A stretch of DNA of 64,000 nucleotides from Perna viridis (Eukaryota), in assembly GCA_037379345.1 (NCBI GenBank), contig CM074516.1:14942001-15006000 (forward strand), given 5' to 3'. How positions within the stretch are numbered: position 1 is the first letter of the stretch; every line of letters starts with the position of its first letter. A program made the translations under genes and the position numbers. The notes under the pieces are model-generated. The model had not been told where the DNA came from and searched no databases. It saw only the letters and a program-made list of their open reading frames with translations. Below, in pieces: positions 11,833 through 23,676 of the stretch.

Positions 11833-12251
11833 TGTGGTAGAGTCTGGTACGGATGAATAATTCCAAGACAAGTAAAACTGACTGCAACGTTTATTACAAG
11901 AGTAAAAGCGAGCTCTCCGAATATACAACATGTTCAAGAGTAAAAGCGAGCTCTCCGAATATACAACATGTTCAAGAGTAAAAGCGAGCTCTCCAAATAT
12001 ACAACATGTTCAAGAGTAAAAGCGAGCTCTCCGAATATACAACATGTTCAAGAGTAAAAGCAAGCTCTCTGAACATACAACATGTTCAAATATATATACT
12101 ATTTAATTATATAAGACACATCCATCAATCAATGTGAATCTGGACATAAAAATTCTATGTGTCCAGTTTACCCGTACATGTTTATCCGTACATGCATATA
12201 ATTCAATTTAGAGTTAACATAGACAATATTAATTCTTAAAGTCATTATACA
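11833..12251 (-). repeat. Inverted LTR with 5 copies of the 38-bp unit
   Basis: Reverse complement of 6480-6784 with about 10 substitutions over the full repeat and three extra tandem units. Confidence 0.92.
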
Positions 12252-12458
12252 TTCCTCCCTTTCTCAACAATAACAATTTAATCAAGAATGTCTAAGTACT
12301 GTCTTATCATATTTTCTCACCCAGCTGTTTAATGACAATCCATTAAGGATTTTAAATTCTCGGTTTGGTCACATTAACTTTAGTTGACGTATGCTTCCTA
12401 GTGGGTTTAGACCAATAATTGATTGAGATACTTTATGTTTTTTTAATATTGGTTGCAA

Positions 12459-12611
12459 ATGGATCTCCGATTTTGCACTTTGGTGTATTTTTTCTTGCAT
12501 TATAGATTAGTGAGTGCTGCGATTAGATTGAATGGTAACGGATATGAAGGAGTAATTGTAACTATAGCGGATCATGTACAAAATGATCCAACATTTCTGA
12601 CTCTAATACAG
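12459..12611 (+). CDS. CLCA: First coding exon of a calcium-activated chloride channel regulator (CLCA)-family gene; later exons not found
   Basis: Signal peptide plus IRLNGNGYEGVIVTIADHVQNDPTFLTLIQ (cf. CLCA1 [30 protein letters not shown]), ending at phase-0 donor CAG|GTAATT. Confidence 0.85.
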
Positions 12612-13544
12612 GTAATTAAATTAAATTATTATATAGATAGCAGTGATTTACCGAATGTTCCCAGTGTAAAACATTTCGATAATTAACACGGTGAAATAAA
12701 TTCGGTAATTTCACTCTCGGACTTTCTACCGCCAAAACGTCCTATAACGTCTCACCACGATTATCAATCCGCCGTTCACAAACTTTGAAATTAATGTTAG
12801 AAATAGCAACGAATAATAGAGAAAATCTATATGATAAATATGATAATCAGCTGGTTATCATGCATAGCCAAAATTGGATCCCTCGTGCGCACACTCATTT
12901 TATCTGGACGATCTTCTGCTCACTTGATCGTATTTAGGCACACAGACAGAAAGTTTATTTTAGTCTCACCTCTCATATACCAATATACAATAAAATATTT
13001 CATGAACATTACAGGTAATAAAATTACTTACAATCGACAGCCACCCTTGAAAGAGTTATGAGTGACTAATTATATACAACATAACTATCTACACTATTTT
13101 ACATAAAACATTCCTTGTATGAATTAAAATATCATGGCAGATTTTGACAGTGTAAAAACATGCATATTCATTTTTGAATAAAAGTAAAAAATAAATAATC
13201 ATTTGATAAATTCATAAAATCAGCATTAAAACAAGCTCGTTTAAATAGCCCACTTCGTAATTTGGCATGTAAAGGGCATACAAGTTCTCTATACAGTTAT
13301 TTATAATATATTCACATTCATAATAAAGATACTCTATTCTCGAGTGCGAAATCATCATATCTACCAGTTCCCATTTTTATGGATGCAACATCACATCTAA
13401 GTTTAAAATATGCACTTCTATATCTACCTAGCATATCTAAGCCTACATATTTCTTTAGATCATATATTTAGATAGAAATATACCTTTTTTGTATATGCAT
13501 TATAAGTGTTTATTTAAACCAAAAGATGCATATATTTTACCCTG

Positions 13545-13640
13545 TATCGCATACCCTATATCCCACCTCTAGATCTATATCGCATACCCTATATCACACA
13601 CCTAGACCTATATCGCATACCCAATATCGCACGCCTATAC
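13545..13640. repeat. ~33-bp minisatellite, ~3 copies
   Basis: tatcgcataccctatatc.cac...ctaga.cta repeated. Confidence 0.8.
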
Positions 13641-13656
13641 ACAGAACACAATTGAA

Positions 13657-13839
13657 GTATGGTTAAAATATAAGGTATAATGAACATGACATGTCAAAAT
13701 CTGTGGTATCAACCCCGAGTGGCTCGACCTATATCAACCCGCGGGCCGGTGGCCCTTGGGGTGATATAGCTAAGAAGTCTCGGGTTGATACCGCATGCGA
13801 TACAGATTTTGACATGTAGTAGTCAGTATTTACCATACT
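13657..13839. mobile_element. Short palindromic (fold-back) element, possibly Crypton-derived
   Basis: agtatggt...acatgtcaaaatctg...ggtatcaacccc / gggttgatacc...cagattttgacatgt...accatact, centred on gggccggtggccc. A similar hairpin lies at ~44185-44275. Confidence 0.65.
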
Positions 13840-14652
13840 GATTTTTAAACATTTTGTTTGTTTTAAGTTTACTATGGTCATTCCACATTATACCAATGTT
13901 GTGTATATGTAATGAAAGATTCATTTTCAATATATTTTTTTACATTTTTATCAAAAATATACTCTGTATTACAGAAAGGAGACATATTTAGCTCTCTAAA
14001 TTTACTATGAACTCTGAAATTCCCGATATAAATATTGTTATTACAACACTCATTAGACCATAAAATACCTATTTATTGATTCTGTTGTTACACATTTTTG
14101 TATACCTGGACCAAGTCCTAAAATACAAGATTTATATTTAGCTATTGACAAACTAAGTGACCGACTGGCAAACTTTGCCACACTTTGGCAGTCTGATTAT
14201 AATTAAAAAAATCCTTCAGTACTAACCCTAGGTAAGTATATTCATCAACAATTTCCAAGTGTTTAACATTAAATATAAAGCTGAAAGTTGATCTATTATA
14301 AAAATGACTAGCGCCTAAAAAAAAAACATTCTTTGATTTATCTATATTCACGACCAGATTATTGTAAACACACACCATACATTCAAAGTGTCTAATACAT
14401 TTTGCAGATCATTTTCAGTTTCTGCTAAGGAAAAAAAGAGAAGTATTCAATATATAACATATCTCCTCAGGTGTAATTTCACAATCTAGAATCTCATTAC
14501 AAGCTATATTATTCAAATTTAAATTAACCTTTTTGTGGTTTTGATTCAACATATTACATAAATTATTTCTCCTTTTATTCATGACAATATTTTAGCACAT
14601 GAAATTGATCCACCGATCAATTACTTCACTTGGAATTTTATTTCGACGTTCA

Positions 14653-14718
14653 TAGATCGCCTGAATATAGCTGAAATATTGCTCCTCGGGCGTTAAACCC
14701 CAACAAACAAACATACAA
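14653..14718 (+). mobile_element. 5'-truncated SINE 3' end with (CAAA)n tail
   Basis: atatagctgaaatattgct...gcgttaaaccccaacaaacaaac flanked by a 13-bp TSD atttcgacgttca / attccgacgttca. Confidence 0.75.
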
Positions 14719-14755
14719 ATTCCGACGTTCACTGCCGGTTACCAGATATGCATTT

Positions 14756-15810
14756 CAGTGTTCTAGCTAGGAATTGAAAATAGAGGGGCGCAGGGAAGAG
14801 GGCACTTCAACGCGTAGCATGTTTTTTTGTCAACAAAATAGGGACTTGATTTTGTATGTTTGTGTTAAGTCAGTAATTTGTATTCTTATTGCTTACCTGC
14901 CAACTTTTGAAAATGAAGGTCGCATCATAATTTGCAAACTGAGTAAATTTGACTGCATGATTAATATATGCATGATACCCTTATTGTATTGAAAGACCTT
15001 TCTCGGATGACCAAGTGCTTTTAGATTTTGAACACATATATATAGAGGTGATTATGCTGTTAATGTATTACTGTAGCCTTCAGATCCCCTATGAAAGAGT
15101 TAGGGAATTGGTTTTGATTTGATTAGTTCTTGTTTAATTAAGACTTGTTATAGTTCTTGCCGTGAGGCAGCCTGTCAACTAATTGAGGTGATAGGGGCGA
15201 GTGATTGTTTACATTTATGACATACTATGAGATGAAATGTTGCATGAAATGTTACAAATATTCAATATTGCTCCAATTAAATATCAAAATCTTAAGAAAG
15301 TAAAAGAAATATTATTTCCTTTAACTATTGCAATTACCACTTATGGAACATATCCTTTACTGTTGAAGATATAGAAAATTTTTAGAATATTGAAATTATA
15401 AGGGAGGTAACTGACATCTTGAATAAACAAACATGTGCAACATGCAATTGTTTACACCCGTAGTTCTACAAAATTTAGACCTTTTACCTTGAAAATATTT
15501 GTAAAATTAGTTGTGCAGTAGAAATTAATTGTTAACCAATGATTGTCTGTCCATAAAATTGTTATAGATCCAATCAGAATTCATTTTCTACTTGTCAATC
15601 ATTATCGGATAACCCTGGTCAGCTGATTGATCACCGATAATTGCCTGAGGTTTACTGGAGGGTAAATTACGACAGTATGTAGTTAATGAAGGTAACACTA
15701 TAGAGTGGACATCTTAAAGGGCCATTCAGGTAAATGTAAATGGACACTAGAGGGGTACTCAATAGGAGTAGAGGGGCGCGGGCGTGATAGGGGCCATAGC
15801 TAGGACACTG
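14756..15810. mobile_element. Non-autonomous hAT-like DNA transposon with 5-bp TSD
   Basis: TIR cagtgttctagcta / tagctaggacactg (1 mismatch), TSD CATTT at 14751-14755 and 15811-15815. The mirror copy 19133-20167 lacks the last 20 bp. Confidence 0.8.
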
Positions 15811-18800
15811 CATTTGATCCACTCTTTTTCCGCGCGACATAAATCATTCAAGAGAAAAGTAATGCTCTCGCCATTTCCAGGACTTATTGCCGATTCCGTC
15901 GATTAAGATGGTTTTGCAAGATGATTTTCGTGACATTTTAGATTTCACATTTTTTACAAAATTAATATACACTTTGTCGATTGAACTTTGAGTACTAAGA
16001 GTCTGCTTGCTCCATAGCGGAAATTACGTTGTAAATATCTGCTATAAAGCTCTTATCAGTAAGCCAGACAATAGGTAAGTTTCTAGTGTTATATTTTGTT
16101 ATTTATGTTGGCTTAGTATCGATGTCCGACTCGCCATTCGTAAGATCGACCTTCAAATTCATTTTCCACGTCAATAACGAAGTACTATCCTGCGCAAATC
16201 AAACTTATCTGCGACTCCAATACGCCTAATCAGATCCAGGCCTCTTATAACGTTTAAGTCCATGAAAGACATTTCATATAGGTTATCGACAATACATACT
16301 CGGGTGGAGACAAATGTATAGTCATGGTGTAACATGTTGCGACCATTTAAAATACAGCAACTAATCAAGAAGTCACAGCAAATGGTTCCATAGGAGTTGT
16401 TGCTCTTTAAGACTGTCAACTCCTCAATTTAATCCGGAAGGTCGGAACAACAACTTTTCCAGTCACCACAAAGATAAAACGTACTTACACCTGGAATAGT
16501 ATAGATTTGTGTCATTATGGTATCCAAGAAGACATCTATCTTGACAGTTACGGTAGCATTTTCCGGAGGTAAATAAACGACGCATACATAGAATACGTTT
16601 GATACGCACTGTTTGCCTTCGAACTGAATCCATAGAATTCCCTTTGTGCTGTCGTCCATTATCTGTACGTTATTATTCGTTTCCCATTAGAATACCGACG
16701 CTGCCTGATACGCATTTAGCTTGTACGTGAATATGACTTCTATTATAATCATATCATTTGTATCTGTTTATATCTATAATTCTAGAATTGATCAAATGCG
16801 ACTCCGCTATGCCCAATAGATCCAAATCACTTTGATTATTACATAACACAAAACATTTTATTTGTCACATATTTATACGCATGACTTGGTAGATAAAATA
16901 CCAATCAAATTTATTATAAATTAGATCATTAAAATCATCAAAAGCGAGGTTTTGACCCCCTTTTTTAATTTTTTATATTAGGAAGGTAAAACCTTAAACG
17001 TTCCAAAATAAACATAAATTCAAGCACCTTTCGATAATCGGGTACCATGTTTTGACCATCCCTATCGTAGAAAAAGCTGGAATTCTATTTGTGCTTGATC
17101 ATCGAAGCTATATGTAGATAGCGTTTCCTAAATGGCGTGGTTCTTAATCGCATTTTCAAAGTATACGACATTGAAGCTGCTATTAAACTGATTTTTGAGC
17201 TCCCGATTCTACATGCACAAACCATATATTAATCCTGTTACTACCCATAAGCATGCAGAACCCAGTTGACAGTACAGCGATTTTATTTAGAAAAATAACT
17301 GAAGTTCCTCCCGCCATTTAAATACCTGCATCATCTTGTCATGTTTCTTGTGATAGGTTCTATGAAGTACATAATTAAGTTCTGGTCGTAAATGACATAA
17401 ACATTATATGTATGTTATGAATCTTAATATATTAAACCATTGTTGTGATGTCAACCTTTTGTTACAACAGTGGATTTTTTTACGAATCGAATGGCCAAAT
17501 CAGCAAATCTTTGTTGGGTTTTCAACTAATCCCTTCTCAGTTTGTTTTTCACGAAATGACGTTTGATTACTCTCACTTTGCTTTGTAGTGATGACTTGTG
17601 ACTTAAAAGATCATTTGCCCATTAAGTACATACGTGTATTTGTCGAAGAAACCGTTTAGATCGTTTTTTTTTCTGAGTGTCTGGTGCGTGTACCCATGAC
17701 ATTTTTCTACCGACGAGCGTCATAGGCGAAACGAGTCATTAATTTAGATACGAGTCTCCCGTTTTCGGTGTATAAAATCAAAATGGTATGCTACCGCCAA
17801 AAGGGGTAATTAAAAGTTGTAGTTTCCTTTTATCGCGACAACCTTTAGCTTTCCATAAAATCTCTCGAATCCCTGTTCACGGACAAATCAACGGCTGGCC
17901 ACACTTACACACCATAATACTTTTATATGAAAAGGGCACTATACACTCACGTGCAAATAAATACGTAACGAAAATGATAATCTAAATTATGCATATGAAA
18001 AATATGTGCTTATAGAAAAAGTCAGACACATTGGGAAATGTCTGAAACATGCAAGTCAGAAACCCGCTAATCTGACAACATGATTTTATAAAATGAAATC
18101 TTTTCTATTTGAAATAACCATTTCGATATCTGTGTCACTAAATATTTTTGGTATTTTTTCAATACAACTATAGAAAATTGAGGTTTTACACTGCGTTTAT
18201 GAAATTTTAACTTGCTTAAAAAATGAAATAAAAATCTTCTAGATCTCTTTCTTTCTTGATTATTTTGGTACAAATTATAAAACTACCCTTTCGAAATCAT
18301 GGGATATTTCCTAACACGCGCAATGTCTAATTCCTACACAGACACTAACATCAAAATAGAGTGCATGTACTTTATTTCGTATAATATGAGGGTTACTTTT
18401 AAAGACCACATATGTATAAATGAAATATTTCCAGTCAGTTCTTTCTAAATTAGACAGAAATGGAGACAAACCTTTAAACTTTTTAATTTGACATTTTTAG
18501 AATATGACGTTCACAATACAAAATCGTGAAAATTGAAAATCAAAAAGTTCGAAATGTAATAACATGAAACAATGAAATAAGATAATTATGTGGAAGTAAA
18601 TTTTAAGTTCAATTCATAATTAAGATTTAGTAATGAAAATATAAAACACAACATATATATTAAGAAAACAATTTGTAATGATAAAATTGTTAAAAATAAA
18701 GTTTAAAGTCAATATAAAGTACCATAGCAAAGAAAAAATAAATATTTGATTAATCAGGATAGATAATGTCTATATTGATATCAGAATCTTAATATATTCC

Positions 18801-19078
18801 AGAATAAAACCTCGTGGTGTCAGACCGCTTTATAAATTTCAATACAGAATACAGGCAAAACTAATAAAAAAAATATAATTGGATCTCTGAAGAAGAATAT
18901 GCTCGTAGTCGCATTTTGAGAATGAATAGGAACCGTATATATTTTCTGACTTAAACAGATATTCGAAATATTGGATAGTTATATTAAATCTGCTTAGATT
19001 GAATATAGGGAAGTTCATATCATGAAAATGAATCATTATGTCTTATACAGTATCTGAACCAATCTACGCAACGATGCG

Positions 19079-19130
19079 TGTCCGAGCTGCTCATTTGCTT
19101 TTGTTACTTTGTATGTATTTTTTTAGTTAC
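19079..19130 (+). repeat. Fragment of Penelope-associated 3' repeat, cut at the arm-2 junction
   Basis: gtccgag.tgctcatttgcttttgttactttgtatgtat..tttagttac matches ~53446-53497 and ~60455-60507 (-). Confidence 0.8.
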
Positions 19131-22100
19131 TACTATCACGCCCGCGCCCCTCTACTCCTATTGAGTACCCCTCTAGTGTCCATTTACATTTACCTGAATG
19201 GCCCTTTAAGATGTCCACTCTATAGTGTTACCTTCATTAACTACATACTGTCGTAATTTACCCTCCAGTAAACCTCAGGCAATTATCGGTGATCAATCAG
19301 CTGACCAGGGTTATCCGATAATGATTGACAAGTAGAAAATGAATTCTGATTGGATCTATAACAATTTTATGGACAGACAATCATTGGTTAACAATTAATT
19401 TCTACTGCACAACTAATTTTACAAATATTTTCAAGGTAACAGGTCTAAATTTTATAGAACTACGGGTGTAAACAATTGCATGTTGCACATGTTTGTTTAT
19501 TCAAGATGTCAGTTACCTCCCTTATAATTTCAATATTCTAAAAATTTTCTATATCTTCAACAGTAAAGGATATGTTCCATAAGTGGTAATTGCAATAGTT
19601 AAAGGAAATAATATTTCTTTTACTTTCTTAAGATTTTGATATTTAATTGGAGCAATATTGAATATTTGTAACATTTCATGCAACATTTCATCTCATAGTA
19701 TGTCATAAATGTAAACAATCACTCGCCCCTATCACCTCAATTAGTTGACAGGCTGCCTCACGGCAAGAACTATAACAAGTCTTAATTAAACAAGAACTAA
19801 TCAAATCAAAACCAATTCCCTAACTCTTTCATAGGGGATCTGAAGGCTACAGTAATACATTAACAGCATAATCACCTCTATATATATGTGTTCAAAATCT
19901 AAAAGCACTTGGTCATCCGAGAAAGGTCTTTCAATACAATAAGGGTATCATGCATATATTAATCATGCAGTCAAATTTACTCAGTTTGCAAATTATGATG
20001 CGACCTTCATTTTCAAAAGTTGGCAGGTAAGCAATAAGAATACAAATTACTGACTTAACACAAACATACAAAATCAAGTCCCTATTTTGTTGACAAAAAA
20101 ACATGCTACGCGTTAAAGTGCCCTCTTCCCTGCGCCCCTCTATTTTCAATTCCTAGCTAGAACACTGAAATGCATATCTGGTAACCGGCAGTGAAGGTCG
20201 GAATTTGTTTGTTTGTTTGTTGGGGTTTAACGCCCGAGGAGCAATATTTCAGCTATATTCAGGCGATCTATGAACGTCGAAATAAAATTCCAAGTGAAGT
20301 AATTGATCGGTGGATCAATTTCATGTGCTAAAATATTGTCATGAATAAAAGGAGAAATAATTTATGTAATATGTTGAATCAAAACCACAAAAAGGTTAAT
20401 GTAAATTTGAATAATATAGCTTGTAATGAGATTCTAGATTGTGAAATTACACCTGAGGAGATATGTTATATATTGAATACTTCTCCCTTTTTTTTAGCAG
20501 AAACTGAAAATGATCTGCAAAATGTATTAGACACTTTGAATGTATGGTGTGTGTTTACAATAATCTGGTCGTGAATGTAGATAAATCAAAGAATGTTTTT
20601 TTTTAGGCGCTAGTCATTTTTATAATAGATCAACTTTCAGCTTTATATTTAATGTTAAACACTTGGAAATTGTTGATGAATATACTTACCTAGGGTTAGT
20701 ACTGAAGGATTTTTTTAATTATAATCAGACTGCCAAAGTGTGGCAAAGTTTGCCAGTCGGTCACTTAGTTTGTCAATAGCTAAATATAAATCTTGTATTT
20801 TAGGACTTGGTCCAGGTATACAAAAATGTGTAACAACAGAATCAATAAATAGGTATTTTATGGTCTAATGAGTGTTGTAATAACAATATTTATATCGGGA
20901 ATTTCAGAGTTCATAGTAAATTTAGAGAGCTAAATATGTCTCCTTTCTGTAATACAGAGTATATTTTTGATAAAAATGTAAAAAAATATATTGAAAATGA
21001 ATCTTTCATTACATATACACAACATTGGTATAATGTGGAATGACCATAGTAAACTTAAAACAAACAAAATGTTTAAAAATCAGTATGGTAAATACTGACT
21101 ACTACATGTCAAAATCTGTATCGCATGCGGTATCAACCCGAGACTTCTTAGCTATATCACCCCAAGGGCCACCGGCCCGCGGGTTGATATAGGTCGAGCC
21201 ACTCGGGGTTGATACCACAGATTTTGACATGTCATGTTCATTATACCTTATATTTTAACCATACTTCAATTGTGTTCTGTGTATAGGCGTGCGATATTGG
21301 GTATGCGATATAGGTCTAGGTGTGTGATATAGGGTATGCGATATAGATCTAGAGGTGGGATATAGGGTATGTGATACAGGGTAAAATATATGCGTCTTTT
21401 GGTTTAAATAAACACTTATAATGCATATACAAAAAAGGTATATTTCTATCTAAATATATGATCTAAAGAAATATGTAGGCTTAGATATGCTAGGTAGATA
21501 TAGAAGTGCATATTTTAAACTTAGATGTGATGTTGCATCCATAAAAATGGGAACTGGTAGATATGATGATTTCGCACTCGAGAATAGAGTATCTTTATTA
21601 TGAATGTGAATATATTATAAATAACTGTATAGAGAACTTGTATGCCCTTTACATGCCAAATTACGAAGCTGGCTATTTAAACGAGCTTGTTTTAATGCTG
21701 ATTTTATGAATTTATCAAATGATTATTTATTTTTTACTTTTATTCAAAAATGAATATGCATGTTTTTACACTGTCAAAATCTGCCATGATATTTTAATTC
21801 ATACAAGGAATGTTTTATGTAAAATAGTGTAGATAGTTATGTTGTATATAATTAGTCACTCATAACTCTTTCAAGGGTGGCTGTCGATTGTAAGTAATTC
21901 TATTACCTGTAATGTTCATGAAATATTTTATTGTATATTGGTATATGAGAGGTGAGACTAAAATAAACTTTCTGTCTGTCTGCCTAAATACGATCAAGTG
22001 AGCAGAAGATCGTCCAGATAAAATGAGTGTGCGCACGAGGGATCCAATTTTGGCTATGCATGATAACCAGCTGATTATCATATTTATCATATAGATTTTC

Positions 22101-22309
22101 TCTATTATTCGTTGCTATTTCTAACATTAATTTCAAAGTTTGTGAACGGCGGATTGATAATCGTGGTGAGACGTTATAGGACGTTTTGGCGGTAGAAAGT
22201 CCGAGAGTGAAATTACCGAATTTATTTCACCGTGTTAATTATCGAAATGTTTTACACTGGGAACATTCGGTAAATCACTGCTATCTATATAATAATTTAA
22301 TTTAATTAC

Positions 22310-22462
22310 CTGTATTAGAGTCAGAAATGTTGGATCATTTTGTACATGATCCGCTATAGTTACAATTACTCCTTCATATCCGTTACCATTCAATCTAATC
22401 GCAGCACTCACTAATCTATAATGCAAGAAAAAATACACCAAAGTGCAAAATCGGAGATCCAT
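22310..22462 (-). CDS. CLCA: Mirror copy of CLCA first exon
   Basis: Identical translation, donor at 22309. Confidence 0.85.
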
Positions 22463-23676
22463 TTGCAACCAATATTAAAAAACATAAAGTATCTAAATCA
22501 ATTATTGGTCTAAACCAACTAGGAAGCATACGTCAACTAAAGTTAATGTGACCAAACCGAGAATTTAAAATCCTTAATGGATTGTCATTAAACAGCTGGG
22601 TGAGAAAATATGATAAGACAGTACTTAGACATTCTTGATTAAATTGTTATTGTTGAGAAAGGGAGGAATGTATAATGACTTTAAGAATTAATATTGTCTA
22701 TGTTAACTCTAAATTGAATTATATGCATGTACGGATAAACATGTGCGGGTAAACTGGACACATAGAATGTTTATGTCCAGATTCACATTGATTGATGGAT
22801 GTGTCTTATATAATTGAATAGTATATATATTTGAACATGTTGTATGTTCAGAGAGCTTGCTTTTACTCTTGAACATGTTGTATATTCGGAGAGCTCGCTT
22901 TTACTCTTGAACATGTTGTATATTCGGAGAGCTCGCTTTTACTCTTGAAAATGTTGTATATTCGGAGAGCTCGCTTTTACTCTTGAAAATGTTGTATATT
23001 CGGAGAGCTCGCTTTTACTCTTGTAATAAACGTTGCAGTCAGTTTTACTTGTCTTGGAATTATTCATCCGTACCAGACTCTACCACATATTTTTTTCCTC
23101 CCTTTCTCAAAGAATTATCGTAGATAATTCAGCAAACAGGCCGGTAACCGTACTTGCATTGTGGTAGTACTCCCTAATTGTGGACAGTCAAGTTTATTTT
23201 GAAAAATCCGTCACCAGAAACTAGGCACAAATCAAATGAGAAAAGTTATATAAAGATGAATGTCAATGTCCGACACCGCATGAAGATGATAAATGAGTTC
23301 CGATCCTATCGTTACTGGAACATCAAGTTCAATAATATAATAACAGATCAATGAGTTTATTTACAAATCATCCGCGCTCCAGCTCTCCTCTGCTCCATGA
23401 TTACAAATGTAAACGTTTGTTTATACAGTTACAAAGTCACCAACACCGTCAACTGCGCTCCAGCTCTCCTCTGCTCCATGATTATATAATGTAAAAGTTC
23501 GATTATACAGCTATAAATTGTAAAAGTTCGGTTATACAACTACAAGTTGTAAAAGTTCGGTTATACAGCTACAAATTCACTAACACCGTCTACTGCGCTC
23601 CATGATTATGTAGTATCGTTCATTGTGTGAGGCTGCCATAGCCGTCTTCCAGGTAATTGGCAGCACCGCAAAATTG

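Larger units (their letters stand above)
6421..12310 (+). mobile_element. Pol-less Gypsy/errantivirus-like element with env and inverted LTRs (copy 1)
   Basis: LTR 6480-6784 (TGT...ACA, AATAAA 6722), PBS, gag, orphan ORF, env, PPT 11812-11830, then an inverted LTR 11833-12251 plus extension to 12310. Candidate TSD ATTTT at 6416-6420 and 12311-12315. Confidence 0.9.
1..15790 (+). repeat. Arm 1 of giant inverted duplication (outer end beyond window)
   Basis: Position 1 (tacaatgatgtag) is the reverse complement of ...ctacatcattgta ending at 34921. The ORFs are mirrored, e.g. 9459..11243+ vs 23677..25461-. The match ends at ...ggcgtgatag (15790). Confidence 0.98.
13200..16835 (-). mobile_element. 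Decayed non-LTR retrotransposon (LINE ORF2: APE endonuclease, RT, C-terminal region) with nested insertions
   Basis: DLDLLGIAESHL (~16795-16830), GILWIQF...CVVYLPPE...LCGDW (16429-16659), CCILNGR...YTFVS, LDCEITPEEI, LAETENDLQNVLDTLNVWC, VNIDKSK, VDEYTYLG, RSAYFKLRC...TGRY (~13360-13420). The RT/C-terminal part is mirrored at ~20290-21720. Confidence 0.85.

Noticed and set aside
11897-12088. 38-bp repeats resembling a CRISPR array
   Set aside because: Units are head-to-tail with no spacers, lie inside an LTR, and the context is eukaryotic with no cas genes.
6421-12310. Classification as a DIRS element because of inverted ends
   Set aside because: No tyrosine recombinase, RT or ICR seen. It has a tRNA PBS, PPT, Gypsy gag and F-type env.
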